The position numbers were made by a program, and so were the translations under genes. From positions 1,922,001 to 1,986,000 of the forward strand of contig OZ024745.1 of the NCBI GenBank assembly GCA_964016885.1: a stretch of DNA of 64,000 nt, written 5' to 3'. A model generated the notes under the pieces. It was not told where the DNA came from, searched no databases, and worked only from the letters and a program-made list of their open reading frames with translations. Of the stretch, positions 25,501-38,389 are shown piece after piece. This DNA comes from Eledone cirrhosa (Eukaryota). Position 1 is the stretch's first letter. The number at the start of each line of letters is the position of its first letter.

Positions 25501-28500
25501 TCTAAGAGTGAAACTGTTATCTTCATCTAACAGATGTAACTGTTATCTTCATCTAACAGATGTAACTGTTATCTTTATCTAACAGATGTAACTGTTATCT
25601 TTATCTAAGAGTGAAACTGTTATCTTCATCTAACAGATGTAACTGTTATCTTCATCTAACAGATGTAACTGTTATCTTCATCTAACAGATGTAACTGTTA
25701 TCTTCATCTAACAGATGTAACTGTTATCTTCATCTAACAGATGTAACTATTATCTTCATCTAACAGATGTAATTGTTATCTTCACCTAAGAGTGAAACTG
25801 TTATTTTCATCTAACAGATGTAACTGTTATCTTCATCTAACATATGTAACTGTTATCTTCATCTAACAGATGTAACTGTTATCTTCATCTAACAGATGTA
25901 ATTGTTATCTTCACCTAAGAGTGAAACTGTTATCTTCATCTAACAGATGTAACTGTTATCTTCATCTAACAGATGTAACCGTTATCTTCATCTAACAGAT
26001 GTAACTGTTATCTTCATCTAACAGATGTAACTGTTATCTTCATCTAACATATGAAACTGTTATCTTTATCTAAGAGTGAAACTGTTATCTTCATCTAACA
26101 GATGTAACTGTTCTCTTCATCTAATAGATGTAACTGTTATCTTTATCTAACAGATGTAACTGTTATCTTTATCTAAGAGTGAAACTGTCATCTTCATCTA
26201 ACAGATGTAACTGTTATCTTCATCTAACAGATGTAACTGTTATCTTCATCTAACAGATGTAACTGTTATCTTCATCTAACAGATGTAACTGTTATCTTCA
26301 TCTAACAGATGTAACTGTTATCTTCATCTAACAGATGTAACTGTTATCTTCATCTAACAGATGTAACTATTATCTTCATCTAACAGATGTAATTGTTATC
26401 TTCACCTAAGAGTGAAACTGTTATTTTCATCTAACAGATGTAACCGTTATCTTCATCTAACAGATGTAACTGTTATCTTCATCTAACAGATGTAACTGTT
26501 ATCTTCATCTAACATATACAACTGTTATCTTTATCTAAGTGTGAAACTGTTATCTTCATCTAACAGATGTAACTGTTATCTTCATCTAACAGATGTAACT
26601 GTTATCTTTATCTAACATATGTAACTGTTATCTTTATCTAAGAGTGAAACTGTTATCTTTATCTAACAGATGTAACTGTTATCTTCATCTAACAGATGTA
26701 ACTGTTATCTTCATCTAACAGATGTAATGGTTATCTTTATCTAAGAGTGAAACTGTTATCTTCATCTAACAGATGTAACTGTTATCTTCATCTAACAGAT
26801 GTAACTGTTATCTTCATCTAACAGATGTAACTGTTATCTTCATCTAACAGATGTAACTGTTATCTTCATCTAACATATGTAACTGTTATCTTCATCTAAC
26901 AGATGTAACTGTTATCTTCATCTAACAGATGTAACTGTTATCTTCATCTAACAGATGTAACTATTATCTTCATCTAACAGATGTAACTGTTATCTTCATC
27001 TAAGAGTGAAACTGTTATCTTCATCTAACATATGTAACTGTTATCTTCATCTAACAGATGTAACTGTTATCGTCATCTAACAGATGTAACTGTTATCTTC
27101 ATCTAACATATGTAACTGTTATCTTCATCTAACAGATGTAACTGTTATCTTCATCTAACAGATGTAACTGTTATCTTCATCTAACATATAAAACTGTTAT
27201 CTTTATCTAAGAGTGAAACTGTTATCTTCATCTAACAGATGTAACTGTTATCTTCATCTAACAGATGTAACTGTTATCTTCATCTAACATATGAAACTGT
27301 TATCTTTATCTAAGAGTGAAACTGTTATCTTCATCTAACAGATGTAACTGTTATCTTCATCTAACAGATGTAACTGTTATCTTTATCTAACAGATGTAAC
27401 TGTTATCTTTATCTAAGAGTGAAACTGTTATCTTCATCTAACAGATGTAACTGTTATCTTCATCTAACAGATGTAACTGTTATCTTCATCTAACAGATGT
27501 AACTGTTATCTTCATCTAACAGATGTAACTGTTATCTTCATCAAACAGATGTAACTGTTATCTTCATCTAACAGATGTAACTGTTATCTTCATCTAACAG
27601 ATGTAACTATTATCTTCATCTAACAGATGTAACTGTTATCTTCATCTAACAGATGTAATTGTTATCTTCACCTAAGAGTGAAACTGTTATCTTCATCTAA
27701 CAGATGTAACTGTTATCTTCATCTAACAGATGTAACCGTTATCTTCATCTAACAGATGTAACTGTTATCTTCATCTAACAGATGTAACTGTTATCTTCAT
27801 CTAACATATGAAACTGTTATCTTTATCTAAGAGTGAAACTGTTATCTTCATCTAACAGATGTAACTGTTATCTTCATCTAACAGATGTAACTGTTATCTT
27901 TATCTAACAGATGTAACTGTTATCTTTATCTAACAGATGTAACTGTTATCTTTATCTAAGAGTGAAACTGTTATCTTCATCTAACAGATGTAACTGTTAT
28001 CTTCATCTAACAGATGTAACTGTTATCTTCATCTAACAGATGTAACTGTTATCTTCATCTAACAGATGTAACTGTTATCTTCATCTGACAGATGTAACTG
28101 TTATCTTCATCTAACAGATGTAACTGTTATCTTCATCTAACAGATGTAACTATTATCTTCATCTAACAGATGTAATTGTTATCTTCACCTAAGAGTGAAA
28201 CTGTTATTTTCATCTAACAGATGTAACTGTTATCTTCATCTAACAGATGTAACCGTTATCTTCATCTAACAGATGTAACTGTTATCTTCATCTAACAGAT
28301 GTAACTGTTATCTTCATCTAACAGATGTAATTGTTATCTTCACCTAAGAGTGAAACTGTTATCTTCATCTAACAGATGTAACTGTTATCTTTATCTAAGA
28401 GTGAGACTGTTATCTTCATCTAACAGATGTAACTGTTATCTTCATCTAACAGATGTAACTGTTATCTTCATCTAACAGATGTAACTGTTATCTTCATCTA

Positions 28501-30908
28501 AGAGATGTAACTGTTATCTTCATCTAACAGATGTAACTGTTATCTTCATCTAAGAGATGTAACTGTTATCTTCATCTAACAGATGTAACTGTTATCTTCA
28601 TCTAACAGATGTAACTGTTATCTTCATCTAACAGATGTAACTGTTATCTTTATCTAAGAGTGAAACTGTTATCTTCATCTAACAGATGTAACTGTTATCT
28701 TCATCTAACAGATGTAACTGTTATCTTCATCTAACAGATGTGACTGTTATCTTCATCTAACAGATATAACTGTTATCTTCATCTAACAGATGTAACTGTT
28801 ATCTTCACCTAAGAGTGAAACTGTTATCTTCATCTAACAGATGTAACTGTTATCTTCATCTAACAGATGTAACTGTTATCTTCACCTAAGAGTGAAACTG
28901 TTATGTTAATCTAACAGATGTAACTGTTATCTTCATCTAACAGATGTAACTGTTATCTTCATCTAACAGATGTAACTATTATCTTCATCTAACAGATGTA
29001 ACTGTTATCTTCATCTAAGATTGAAACTGTTATCTTCATCTAACAGATGTAACTGTTATATTCATCTAACAGATGTAACTGTTATCTTCATCTAACAGAT
29101 GTAACTGTTATCTTCATCTAACAGATGTAACTGTTATCTTCATCTAACATATGTAACTGTTATCTTCATCTAACAGATGTAACTGTTATCTTCATCTAAC
29201 AGATGTAATTGTTATCTTCACCTAAGAGTGAAACTGTTATCTTCATCTAACAGATGTAACTTTTATCTTCATCTAACAGATGTAACCGTTATCTTCATCT
29301 AACAGATGTAACTGTTATTTTCATTTAACAGATGTAACTGTTATTTTCATCTAACATATGAAACTGTTATCTTTATCTAAGAGTGAAACTGTTATCTTCA
29401 TCTAACAGATGTAACTGTTATCTTCATCTAACAGATGTAACTGTTATCTTTATCTAACATATGTAACTGTTATCATTATCTAAGAGTGAAACTGTTATCT
29501 TTATCTAACAGATGTAACTGTTATCTTCATCTAAGAGTGAAACTGTTATCTTCATCTAACAGATGTAACTGTTATCTTCATCTAAGAGTGAAACTGTTAT
29601 CTTCATCTAACAGATGTAACTGTTATTTTTATCTAAGAGTGAAACTGTTATCTTCATCTAACAGATGTAACTGTTATCTTTATCTAACAGATGTAACTGT
29701 TATCTTCATCTAACAGATGTAACTATTATCTTCATCTAACAGATGTAACTGTTATCTTCATCTAAGAGATTTAACTGTTATCTTCATCTAAGAGATGTAA
29801 CTGTTATCTTCATCTAACAGATGTAACTGTTATCTTCATCTAACAGATGAAACTGTTATCTTCATCTAACAGATGTAACTGTTTTCTTTATCTAAGAGTG
29901 AAACTGTTATCTTCATCTAACAGATGTAACTGTTATCTTCATCTAACAGATGTAACTGTTATCTTCATCTAACAGATGTAACTGTTATCTTCATCTAACA
30001 GATGTAACTGTTATCTTCATCTAACAGATGTAACTGTTATCTTCATCTAACAGATGTAATTGTTATCTTCATCTAACAGATGTAACTGTTATCTTCATCT
30101 AACATGTAACTGTTATCTTCATCTAACAGATGTAACTGTTATCTTCATCTAACAGATGTAACTGTTATCTTTATCTAACATATGTAACTGTTATCTTCAT
30201 CTAACAGATGTAACTGTTATCTTCCTCTAACAGATGTAACTGTTATCTTCATCTAAGAGTGAAACTGTTATCTTCATCTAACACATGTAACTGTTATCTT
30301 CATCTAACAGATGTAACTGTTATCTTCATCTAACAGATGTAACTGTTATCTTCAACTAAGCGTGAAACTGTTATCTTCATCTAACAGATGTAACTGTTAT
30401 CTTCATCTAACAGCTGTAACTGTTATCTTCATCTAACAGCTGTAACTGTTATCTTCATCTAAGAGTGAAACTGTTATCTTCATCTAACAGATGTAACTGT
30501 TATCTTCATCTAAGAGATGTAACTGTTATCTTCATCTAACAGATGTAACTGTTATCTTCATCTAACAGATGTAACTGTTATCTTTATCTAACATATGTAA
30601 CTGTTATCTTCATCTAATAGATGTAACTGTTATATTCATCTAACAGATGTAACTGTTATCTTCATCTAACAGATGTAACTGTTATCTTCATCTAACAGAT
30701 GTAACTGTTATCTTTATCTAACATATGTAACTGTTATCTTCATCTAATAGATGTAACTGTTATCTTCATCTAACAGATGTAACTGTTATCTTCATCTAAC
30801 AGATGTAACTGTTATCTTCATCTAACAGATGTAACTGTTATCTTCATCTAATAGATGTAACTGTTATCTTCATCTAACTGATGTAACTGTTATCTTCATC
30901 TAAGAGAT
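22551..30908. repeat. 26-bp satellite (CATCTAACAGATGTAACTGTTATCTT)n, roughly 320 units, with an interspersed 25-bp variant (CATCTAAGAGTGAAACTGTTATCTT)
   Basis: Period read directly. Homogeneous array with recurrent variant monomers. Confidence 0.97.
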
Positions 30909-31131
30909 TCAACAATCTCAACAATGGATTACCATTAAACATAGACAAGACCTATTAATTCCAATTAGGAACCAATTTACGGGGAAAATAAAAAGTATTC
31001 TAAGAAGACATGATGGAGATAAAGAGGGAATGACATTTCACATTTCAGAACATTCCAGAATAGGAATTATCACGTGGTATAGCGGTGGTAAAAGGTGGGT
31101 AAATGTGGGACGTTTGGCGAGTAGTATATCT

Positions 31132-31229
31132 GAAGAAGAAGAAGAAGAAGAAGAAGAAGAAGAAGAAGAAGAAGAAGAAGAAGAAGAAGAAGAAGAAGAA
31201 GAAGAAGAAGAAGAAGAAGAAGAAGAAGA
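31132..31229. repeat. (GAA)n microsatellite
   Basis: Pure GAA run. Confidence 0.98.
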
Positions 31230-31275
31230 CTTACTGAGATAAACAGAAAATGTGTAACAGTACCATAAAACTGAT

Positions 31276-31470
31276 TTAGGTACACGGCCAACAATTTTAA
31301 GTCGATTACGTCCACCCCAGTACATTACTGGTACTTGATTTTATCGACCCTGTAAGTATGAAAGGCAAAGCTAACCCCGGTGAGTTTTGAACGCAGAACT
31401 TAAAGTGCCGTAACTCTATGCTGCAAAGTATGTTGTCCAACGCTCTACCAATTATACCAATCTACCATCT
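31276..31470 (-). mobile_element. SINE family A, copy 3 (more diverged)
   Basis: Reverse complement of the family core: GGTACTTGATTTTATCGACCCTGTAAGTATGAAAGGC...TTTGAAC...CCGTAACTCTATGCTGCAAAG. Confidence 0.8.
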
Positions 31471-31489
31471 TACAAACCAATAAATAATT

Positions 31490-31675
31490 GTTTCTACTTT
31501 TGACACAAGGCCAGCAATTACCCAGTACATTACTGGTACTTTATTTTATCGACCCCGTAAGGATGAAAGGCAAAATTAACCTTGGAGGGATTTGAACCCA
31601 GTCCGTAAAGGGACGTAACTCTATGCTAGAAAGCATGGCGTCCGAACCTCTACTGATACTGCCAATCCACTGCCC
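31490..31675 (-). mobile_element. SINE family A, copy 4 (full length, short variant) with 19-bp TSD
   Basis: Close reverse-complement match to 17994-18186. Flanked by TACAAACCAATAAATAATT at 31471-31489 and 31676-31694. Confidence 0.9.
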
Positions 31676-32314
31676 TACAAACCAATAAATAATTACCGTG
31701 TATTTCGTTAGTTTAAACAATCAAGCTGAAGGCTGCAATATTTTCTCTTATTTCAGTTTTCTATAATGGAGTGTTGAGATATGCTGAGATGTGCTGAGTC
31801 TCTTAATATTAAAAGTGTGGTTAATTTTTAAAAAATCTGCTCCTTACAATTTTGTTAAGATTTTCTCTCGGAACACATTTCCCCAATTTATTAGGCGTTT
31901 TAATTATCATAATTCAAAATTTAATTTCTAAATTTTGGTGTTTCGTTGTGAATAAAATATAACTGTTCATTTGTTTGTTTTGTTTTTGCTTGTTTATTTG
32001 TTTATTTTTTCATCCTTCGTGTTTTGGTTACTATGTGCTGTCATTTTCTCTCTCTTTTCTAGTGGGTAGCATTTCAATCGAAGCTGTTATATAACTTGGA
32101 GTCTACTGCCGAGAAAATTGTTAGGTAAAGAACTAGAAAAGGAGTTATGATGATGCCAACCGCTTCTTTTTAATGTCAGTCTCTGTCCAGATCTCTAGGT
32201 CCCTCGGTTCACAAACTGCTGTTTTCCTCTACAAAAACCGAGAGGAGTACATCACATCAGAGGAAGTAATCCCGTGATGTAGAGTGACTGAAGCAGCGAA
32301 TGTCGTTGGCTCTT

Positions 32315-33782
32315 CTCCACCAGTAATGTCTGGTATACCAAGATATCTCCCAGCAGTAATGTCTGGTATACCAAGATATCTCCCACCAGTCTCCCAGCAG
32401 TAATGTCTGGTATACCAAGATATCTCCCACAAGTCTCCCACCAGTAATGTCTGGTATACCAAGATATCTCCCACAAGTCTCCCACCAGTAATGTCTGGTA
32501 TACCAAGATATCTCCCACCAGTCTCCCACCAGTAATATCTGGTATACCAAGATATCTCCCACCAGTAATGGCTGGTATACCAAGATATCTTCCACAAGTC
32601 TCCCACCAGTAATGTTTGGTATACCAAGATATCTCCCACCAGTAATGCCTGGTATACCAAGATATCTCCCACCAGTCTCCCACCAGTAATGTCTGGTATA
32701 CCAAGATATCTCCCACCAGTCTCCCACCAGTAATGTCTGGTATACCAAGATATCTCCCACAAATCTCCCACCAGTAATGTATGGTATACCAAGATATCTC
32801 CCACAAGTCTCCCACCAGTAATGTCTGGTATACCAAGATATCTCTCACCAGTAATGGCTGGTATACCAAGATATCTTCCACAAGTCTCCCACCAGTAATG
32901 TTTGGTATACCAAGATATCTCCCACCAGTAATGTCTGGTATACCAAGATATCTCTCACAAGTCTCCCACCAGTAATGTCTGGTATACCAAGATATCTCCC
33001 ACCAGTCTCCCACCAGTAATGTCTGGTATACCAAGATATCTTCCACAAGTCTCCCACCAGTAATGTATGGTATACCAAGATATCTCCCACAAGTCCCCCA
33101 TCAGTAATGTCTGGTATACCAAGATATCTCCCACCAGTAATGGCTGGTATACCAAGATATCTCCCACAAGTCCCCCATCAGTAATGTCTGGTATACCAAG
33201 ATATCTCCCACCAGTAATGGCTGGTATACCAAGATATCTCCCACAAGTCTCCCATCAGTAATGTCTGGTATACCAAGATATCTCCCACCAGTCTCCCAGC
33301 AGTAATGTCTGGTATACCAAGATGTCTCCCACCGGTAATGGCTGGTATACCAAGATATCTCCCACCAGTCTCCCACCAGTAATGTCTGGTATACCAAGAT
33401 ATCTCCCACCAGTAATGGCTGGTATACCAAGATATCTCCCACCAGTCTCCCACCAGTAATGTCTGGTATACCAAGATATCTCCCACCAGTAATGGATGGT
33501 ATACCAAGATATCTCCCACCAGTCTCCCACCAGTAATGTCTGATATACCAAGATATCTCCCACAAGTCTCCCACCAGTAATGTCTGGTATACCAAGATAT
33601 CTCCCACCAGTAATGGCTGGTATACCAAGATATCTCCCACCAGTCTCCCACCAGTAATGTCTGGTATACCACGATATCTCCCACCAGTAATGACTGGTAT
33701 ACCAAGATATTTTCCACAAGTCTCCCACCAGTAATGACTGGTATACCAAGATATCTCCCACAAGTCTCCCACCAGTAATGTC
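32315..33782. repeat. Minisatellite of mixed 33-bp and 44-bp units (CTCCCACCAGT[x1-2]AATGTCTGGTATACCAAGATAT)
   Basis: Direct reading. The 44-bp unit carries one extra 11-bp CTCCCAC(C/A)AGT module. Confidence 0.96.
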
Positions 33783-34288
33783 AAAAGATCTGACATAGGT
33801 ATGAACCTGACATACGGTTGATCATCAAAGAAAAAATTAAGCACGATTAGAAATATTCCCTGTCTTGACATTGCTGACACTCCTGACAAAGACACGAGCA
33901 CCCAGAAATGCTCCCCACCATGAATTCTAGCACTTTGCGCTTACAAAAGAAATCAACATTTATTCAAAATTATTTCCCGTATAATGTAAAATGTTACACC
34001 AAACAGCTAGCACCTAAACAAATGAAAATAAAATATACTTTCAAAAATGTGTAATTTGCCATATTTTCCGCTGAATAAATTATGTGTTTCGTATGAAATA
34101 ATGACACATCACATCAAATTGAATTATGAGAAGACATATTACAACATTTAAAATATCAGTGTAAATAGTCACGTGGTACCAGACATTTTTCCACAACATC
34201 TTGCTTTCTTTCTTATTTAACAAAAACATATTTTCACACTATTTAAAGGTGAACTGAAATTTACTATAAAAGATGAATTCGTGTCTTT

Positions 34289-34613
34289 TGTGTATGTATG
34301 TATGTATGTGTGTGTGTATGTATGTGTATATGTATGTATGTATGTATGTATGTGTGTGTGTATGTATGTGTATATGTATGTATGTATGTATGTATGTGTA
34401 TATGTATGTATGTGTATATGTATGTATTATGTGTATACGTATGTATGTATGTGTATATGTTTGTATGTGTATATGTATGTATGTATGTGTATACGTTTGT
34501 GTAAATGTATGTATGTATATATGTATATATATATATATATGTGTGTATATGTATGTATGCATGTATGTATGTATGTATGTATGTATGGATGTATGTATGT
34601 ATGTATGTATGTA
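34289..34613. repeat. Imperfect (TATG)n/(TG)n microsatellite
   Basis: Direct reading. Confidence 0.95.
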
Positions 34614-35177
34614 CAACCTGTCTCATGGTCGGGTCGTTGGCGACTAAACTGGCAACCCCACCAAGGTTTCTTGGTGAGGAGGGTGACTTTGGACATCCTG
34701 CAGGACTAAAAACAAAACCTGTCAAAGGGCAAAGGAGCTCTTAAGAGTCAATGGCCATCCAAAATCACCGGGAGAGATGACCCCTTAGCCTTTGTCAAGG
34801 CAGAATTCTAGGAGAAGGAAAACTCTGATATAACACCCGCAACTCTGATGGTATCCAATGATGTTGGCTTGTTCTTCTTTTTGGTAAATATCATCTTGGT
34901 TAAGAGAGTGGGACTGGCTTTGTGCAGTGCCTTTGCTCACTATAAAAGCTTCACGGCACAGGCATTGCTATATTTCTGAAGATCTCTCTGCACTTGTCGT
35001 CACATGGTACCATGGGCCCAGCACTGTGTGTCAATAATTGTCACAAGTATAGTGTTTGTACCAGAGTTTTCAAGTCGCTGGCTGGACTAAAAATCACACT
35101 CGTTCAGCGCATCGGTAGGAGTTCTCCTACATGGATATAAAATAGTGGCCGTACTCGAAAACGAGTTGGCAGCCACC
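34611..35177 (+). mobile_element. Non-coding retroposon family C, copy 1, (ATGT)n-tailed (possibly a non-autonomous RTE derivative)
   Basis: Three similar copies in the window share the 3' end GAGTTGGCAGCCACC+(ATGT)n and have variable 5' ends. The motif AGGAGAAGGAAAACTCTGAT resembles RTE 5'-UTR sequence (recollection, not searched). Confidence 0.8.
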
Positions 35178-35371
35178 ATGTATGTATGTATGCATGTGTT
35201 TGTGTATGTGTGTATGTATGTGTGTGTATTCGTGCTTGTGTGTGTGTGCGAGGAATTTATGTATTTGCCTGTGTGATAGTTTCTCTGTGTGTGTTGGTGT
35301 TTGTATGTGTTTGTATGTGTGCCTATGTGTGATAGTTTCTGTATGTGTGTGTATGTGTGTGTATGTGTGTG
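35178..35371. repeat. Degenerate (TATG)n/(TG)n tract
   Basis: Direct reading. It begins as the tail of family C copy 1. Confidence 0.9.
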
Positions 35372-35646
35372 TAACTGGAATGGTTATTACCAATATGTTG
35401 ACTGGTTGTTATAACAATTGTTCCATGGATTAATATAATCGCTGTATAACAAGTGATATGTTCGATTACAGGTCGAAGTTCATCGGTCTCTCTGGACGCA
35501 GTCAAGCCATTCGAAAACTCGGCCATATATCATATTCCATAAATCATCTCAGCCAGCCTATAATATTATAACTGGTGTTTCTAATAAGGAATTGTCGGCT
35601 AGCTAATGTGTAAGGGGCCACACCATGTTAAACATGTACAGGCACC

Positions 35647-35770
35647 TGGCAGTAAATTGACAGTCATTAGATATTAGAATATCTTTCGGCTCTCTATGAT
35701 CTGGGTTCACATCACCTCGAGGTCGATAAAAAAAAAGTACCAGTGTCCAATACTGGGTCGATTCTTCCTC
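35647..35770 (+). mobile_element. Old, internally deleted SINE family A fragment
   Basis: CTGGGTTCACATC (B-box-like) joined via CGAGGTCGATAAAA...AGTACCAGT. The segment between the two GGT(C/T)-type motifs of the other copies is missing. Confidence 0.55.
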
Positions 35771-35786
35771 TATATCTCTTAATCAA

Positions 35787-36116
<330 letters not shown>

Positions 36117-36212
36117 ATACACTCTGTCTAGCTCTACACCTCCACACTTAGTGAACCTAAACATCGAGTGCTCTCCCGGGTGAACCTACAGTAACTCCAA
36201 GTTACACTCACT

Positions 36213-36410
<198 letters not shown>

Positions 36411-36572
36411 ATGCGTTTGTGTGTGTGTGCGTGTAACCTTCTTTGGAAGAAATCGACTGTGTTCAGTGTTGAGATATGGAGAGGGTGTGGACTGCCCTTG
36501 AAACGCCTCATATCATTACTGCGTCCCTACGATTCCATCAGGAGTTATAGAACCATATATACATACATATAT

Positions 36573-36980
36573 GGTGGCTGCCAACTCGTTTTCGAGTACG
36601 GCCACTACTTTATATCCATGTAGGAGAACTCCTACCGATGCGCTGAACGAGTGTGACGTTTTAGTCCAGCAAGCGACTTGAAAACTCTGGTACAAACACT
36701 ACACTTGTGACAATTATTGACACATAGTGCTGGGCCCATGGTACCATGTGACAAGTGCAGAGAGATTTCCAGATACAAAGCAATGCCTGTGCCGTGAAGC
36801 TTTTATAGTGAGCAAAGGCACTGCACAAAGCCAGTCCCACTCTCTTAACCAAGATGATATTTACCAAAAAGAAGAACAAGTCAACATCATTGGATACCAT
36901 CACGGTTGCAGGTGTTATATCAGAGTTTTCCTTCTCCTAGAATTCTGCCTTAACAAAGGCTAAGGGGTCATCTCTCCCGG
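36573..36980 (-). mobile_element. Retroposon family C, copy 2 (5' truncated)
   Basis: Reverse complement of ~34768-35177, with a short (ACAT)n tail at 36554-36572. Confidence 0.85.
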
Positions 36981-37078
36981 ACATATATATACATACATAC
37001 ATACATAGATTCATACATACATACATACATACATACATACATACATACATACATACATACATACATACATACATACAT
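36981..37078. repeat. (ACAT)n tract; tail of family C copy 3 and 5' flank of copy 2
   Basis: Direct reading. Confidence 0.95.
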
Positions 37079-37692
37079 GGTGGCTGCCAACTCGTTTTCG
37101 AGTACGGCCACTACTTTATAACCATGTAGGAGAACCCCTACCGATACGCTGAACGAGTGTGACTTTTTAGTCCAGCCAGCAACTTGAAAACTCTGGTACA
37201 AACACTACACTTGTGACAATTATTGACACATAGTGCTGGGCCCATGGTACCATGTAATGACAAGTGCAGAGAGATCTCCAGATACAAAGCAATGCCTGTG
37301 CCGTGAAGCTTTTATAGTGAGCAAAGGCACTGCACAAAGCCAGTCCCACTCTCTTAACCAAGATGATATTTACCAAAAAGAAGAACAAGTCAACATCATT
37401 GGATACCATCAGGGTTGCAGGTGTTATATCAGAGTTTTCCTTCTCCTAGAATTCTGCCTTGACAAAGGCTAAGGGGTCATCTCTCCCGGTGATTTTGGAT
37501 GGCCATTGACTCTTAAGAGCTCCTTTGCCCTTATGTCAGGTCACCACTTGGTGCTACTGGTAACATGTATCCCAGTACAACCTGTCTCATGGTCGGGTCG
37601 TTGGCGACTAAACTGGCAACCCCACTAAGGTTTCTTGGTGAGGAGGGTGACTTTGGACATCCTGCAGGACTAAAAACAAAACCTGTCAAAGG
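37079..37692 (-). mobile_element. Retroposon family C, copy 3, with inverted 5' segment (37533-37692)
   Basis: 37079-37532 is the reverse complement of 34725-35177, while 37575-37692 matches 34611-34728 in direct orientation. (ACAT)n lies on both sides. Confidence 0.87.
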
Positions 37693-38073
37693 ACATACAT
37701 ACATACATACATACATACATACATACATCACAAACATTATCACATGATCATGTATTATCATGGATTGAAACATAATATCGTACATCAGAATATATTTATA
37801 CAAGGAAAACATATTTGTCTTTGAGGCTTTGTGAACGTCTCACCAAATGAAAGAGAAATACATGTTAATGAGGCTGAAGCTCAACCATGGAACTGGTATT
37901 GTGGATTTATCTCCAACACCACCACGGCCCAGGACCCATCACCCTCCCCCTCCTTTTCTTCTGTGACCCTACAGTCCTTGCTTCCCACCCCTCCTTTTCC
38001 TCTCATTTATGGCTTTTATACTCCTTTCCTCTACTTCCTCATATAGCCAGATCTGCTCTTCCTTACCTCTTAC

Positions 38074-38270
38074 AGAAAGGTATACTGTCGGTCGCTCTCC
38101 GACAGGTTTGTGGCCGTACCCTTGGCAGTGGAGACTTCTGGTGTCCTCGGCCCTAGGGCTACCTCAATACTCACCACCATAGGCGCTGACCTGGCCAGCC
38201 GCAGGTGTGAGCCCCGCGAGTTGGAATGGAATCTTCCTTGCCGTCCTCCCGGGAAACCCCTTCTCCCAAC
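38074..38270 (+). pseudogene. Relic C-terminal restriction-like endonuclease region of a CRE-type non-LTR retrotransposon
   Basis: Translates as RKVYCRSLSDRFVAVPLAVETSGVLGPRATSILTTIGADLASRRCEPRELEW, then after a frameshift IFLAVLPGNPFS. This fits the KY..L...F.PLAVET.G..G..A...EPRE..W...S.AV.RGNA pattern of CRE-clade C-termini. Confidence 0.65.
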
Positions 38271-38389
38271 TGTCCGCCAGAGCTGTGGGGAAGCCACCAA
38301 TATGATTGATTGACTTGTCATTTTATCATGTACATCCGTGGAGGTTCTCCATCTGTCTCTCTCTGTATCGTATGTCTAATCTCTTTTAG

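Noticed and set aside
30909-31229. Possible LINE 3' end with a (GAA)n tail
   Set aside because: No recognisable RT C-terminal motif, TSD or second copy in the window.
22551-33782. CRISPR-like appearance of the 26-bp and 33/44-bp palindromic repeats
   Set aside because: Head-to-tail repeats without unique spacers, no cas genes, and a eukaryotic context.
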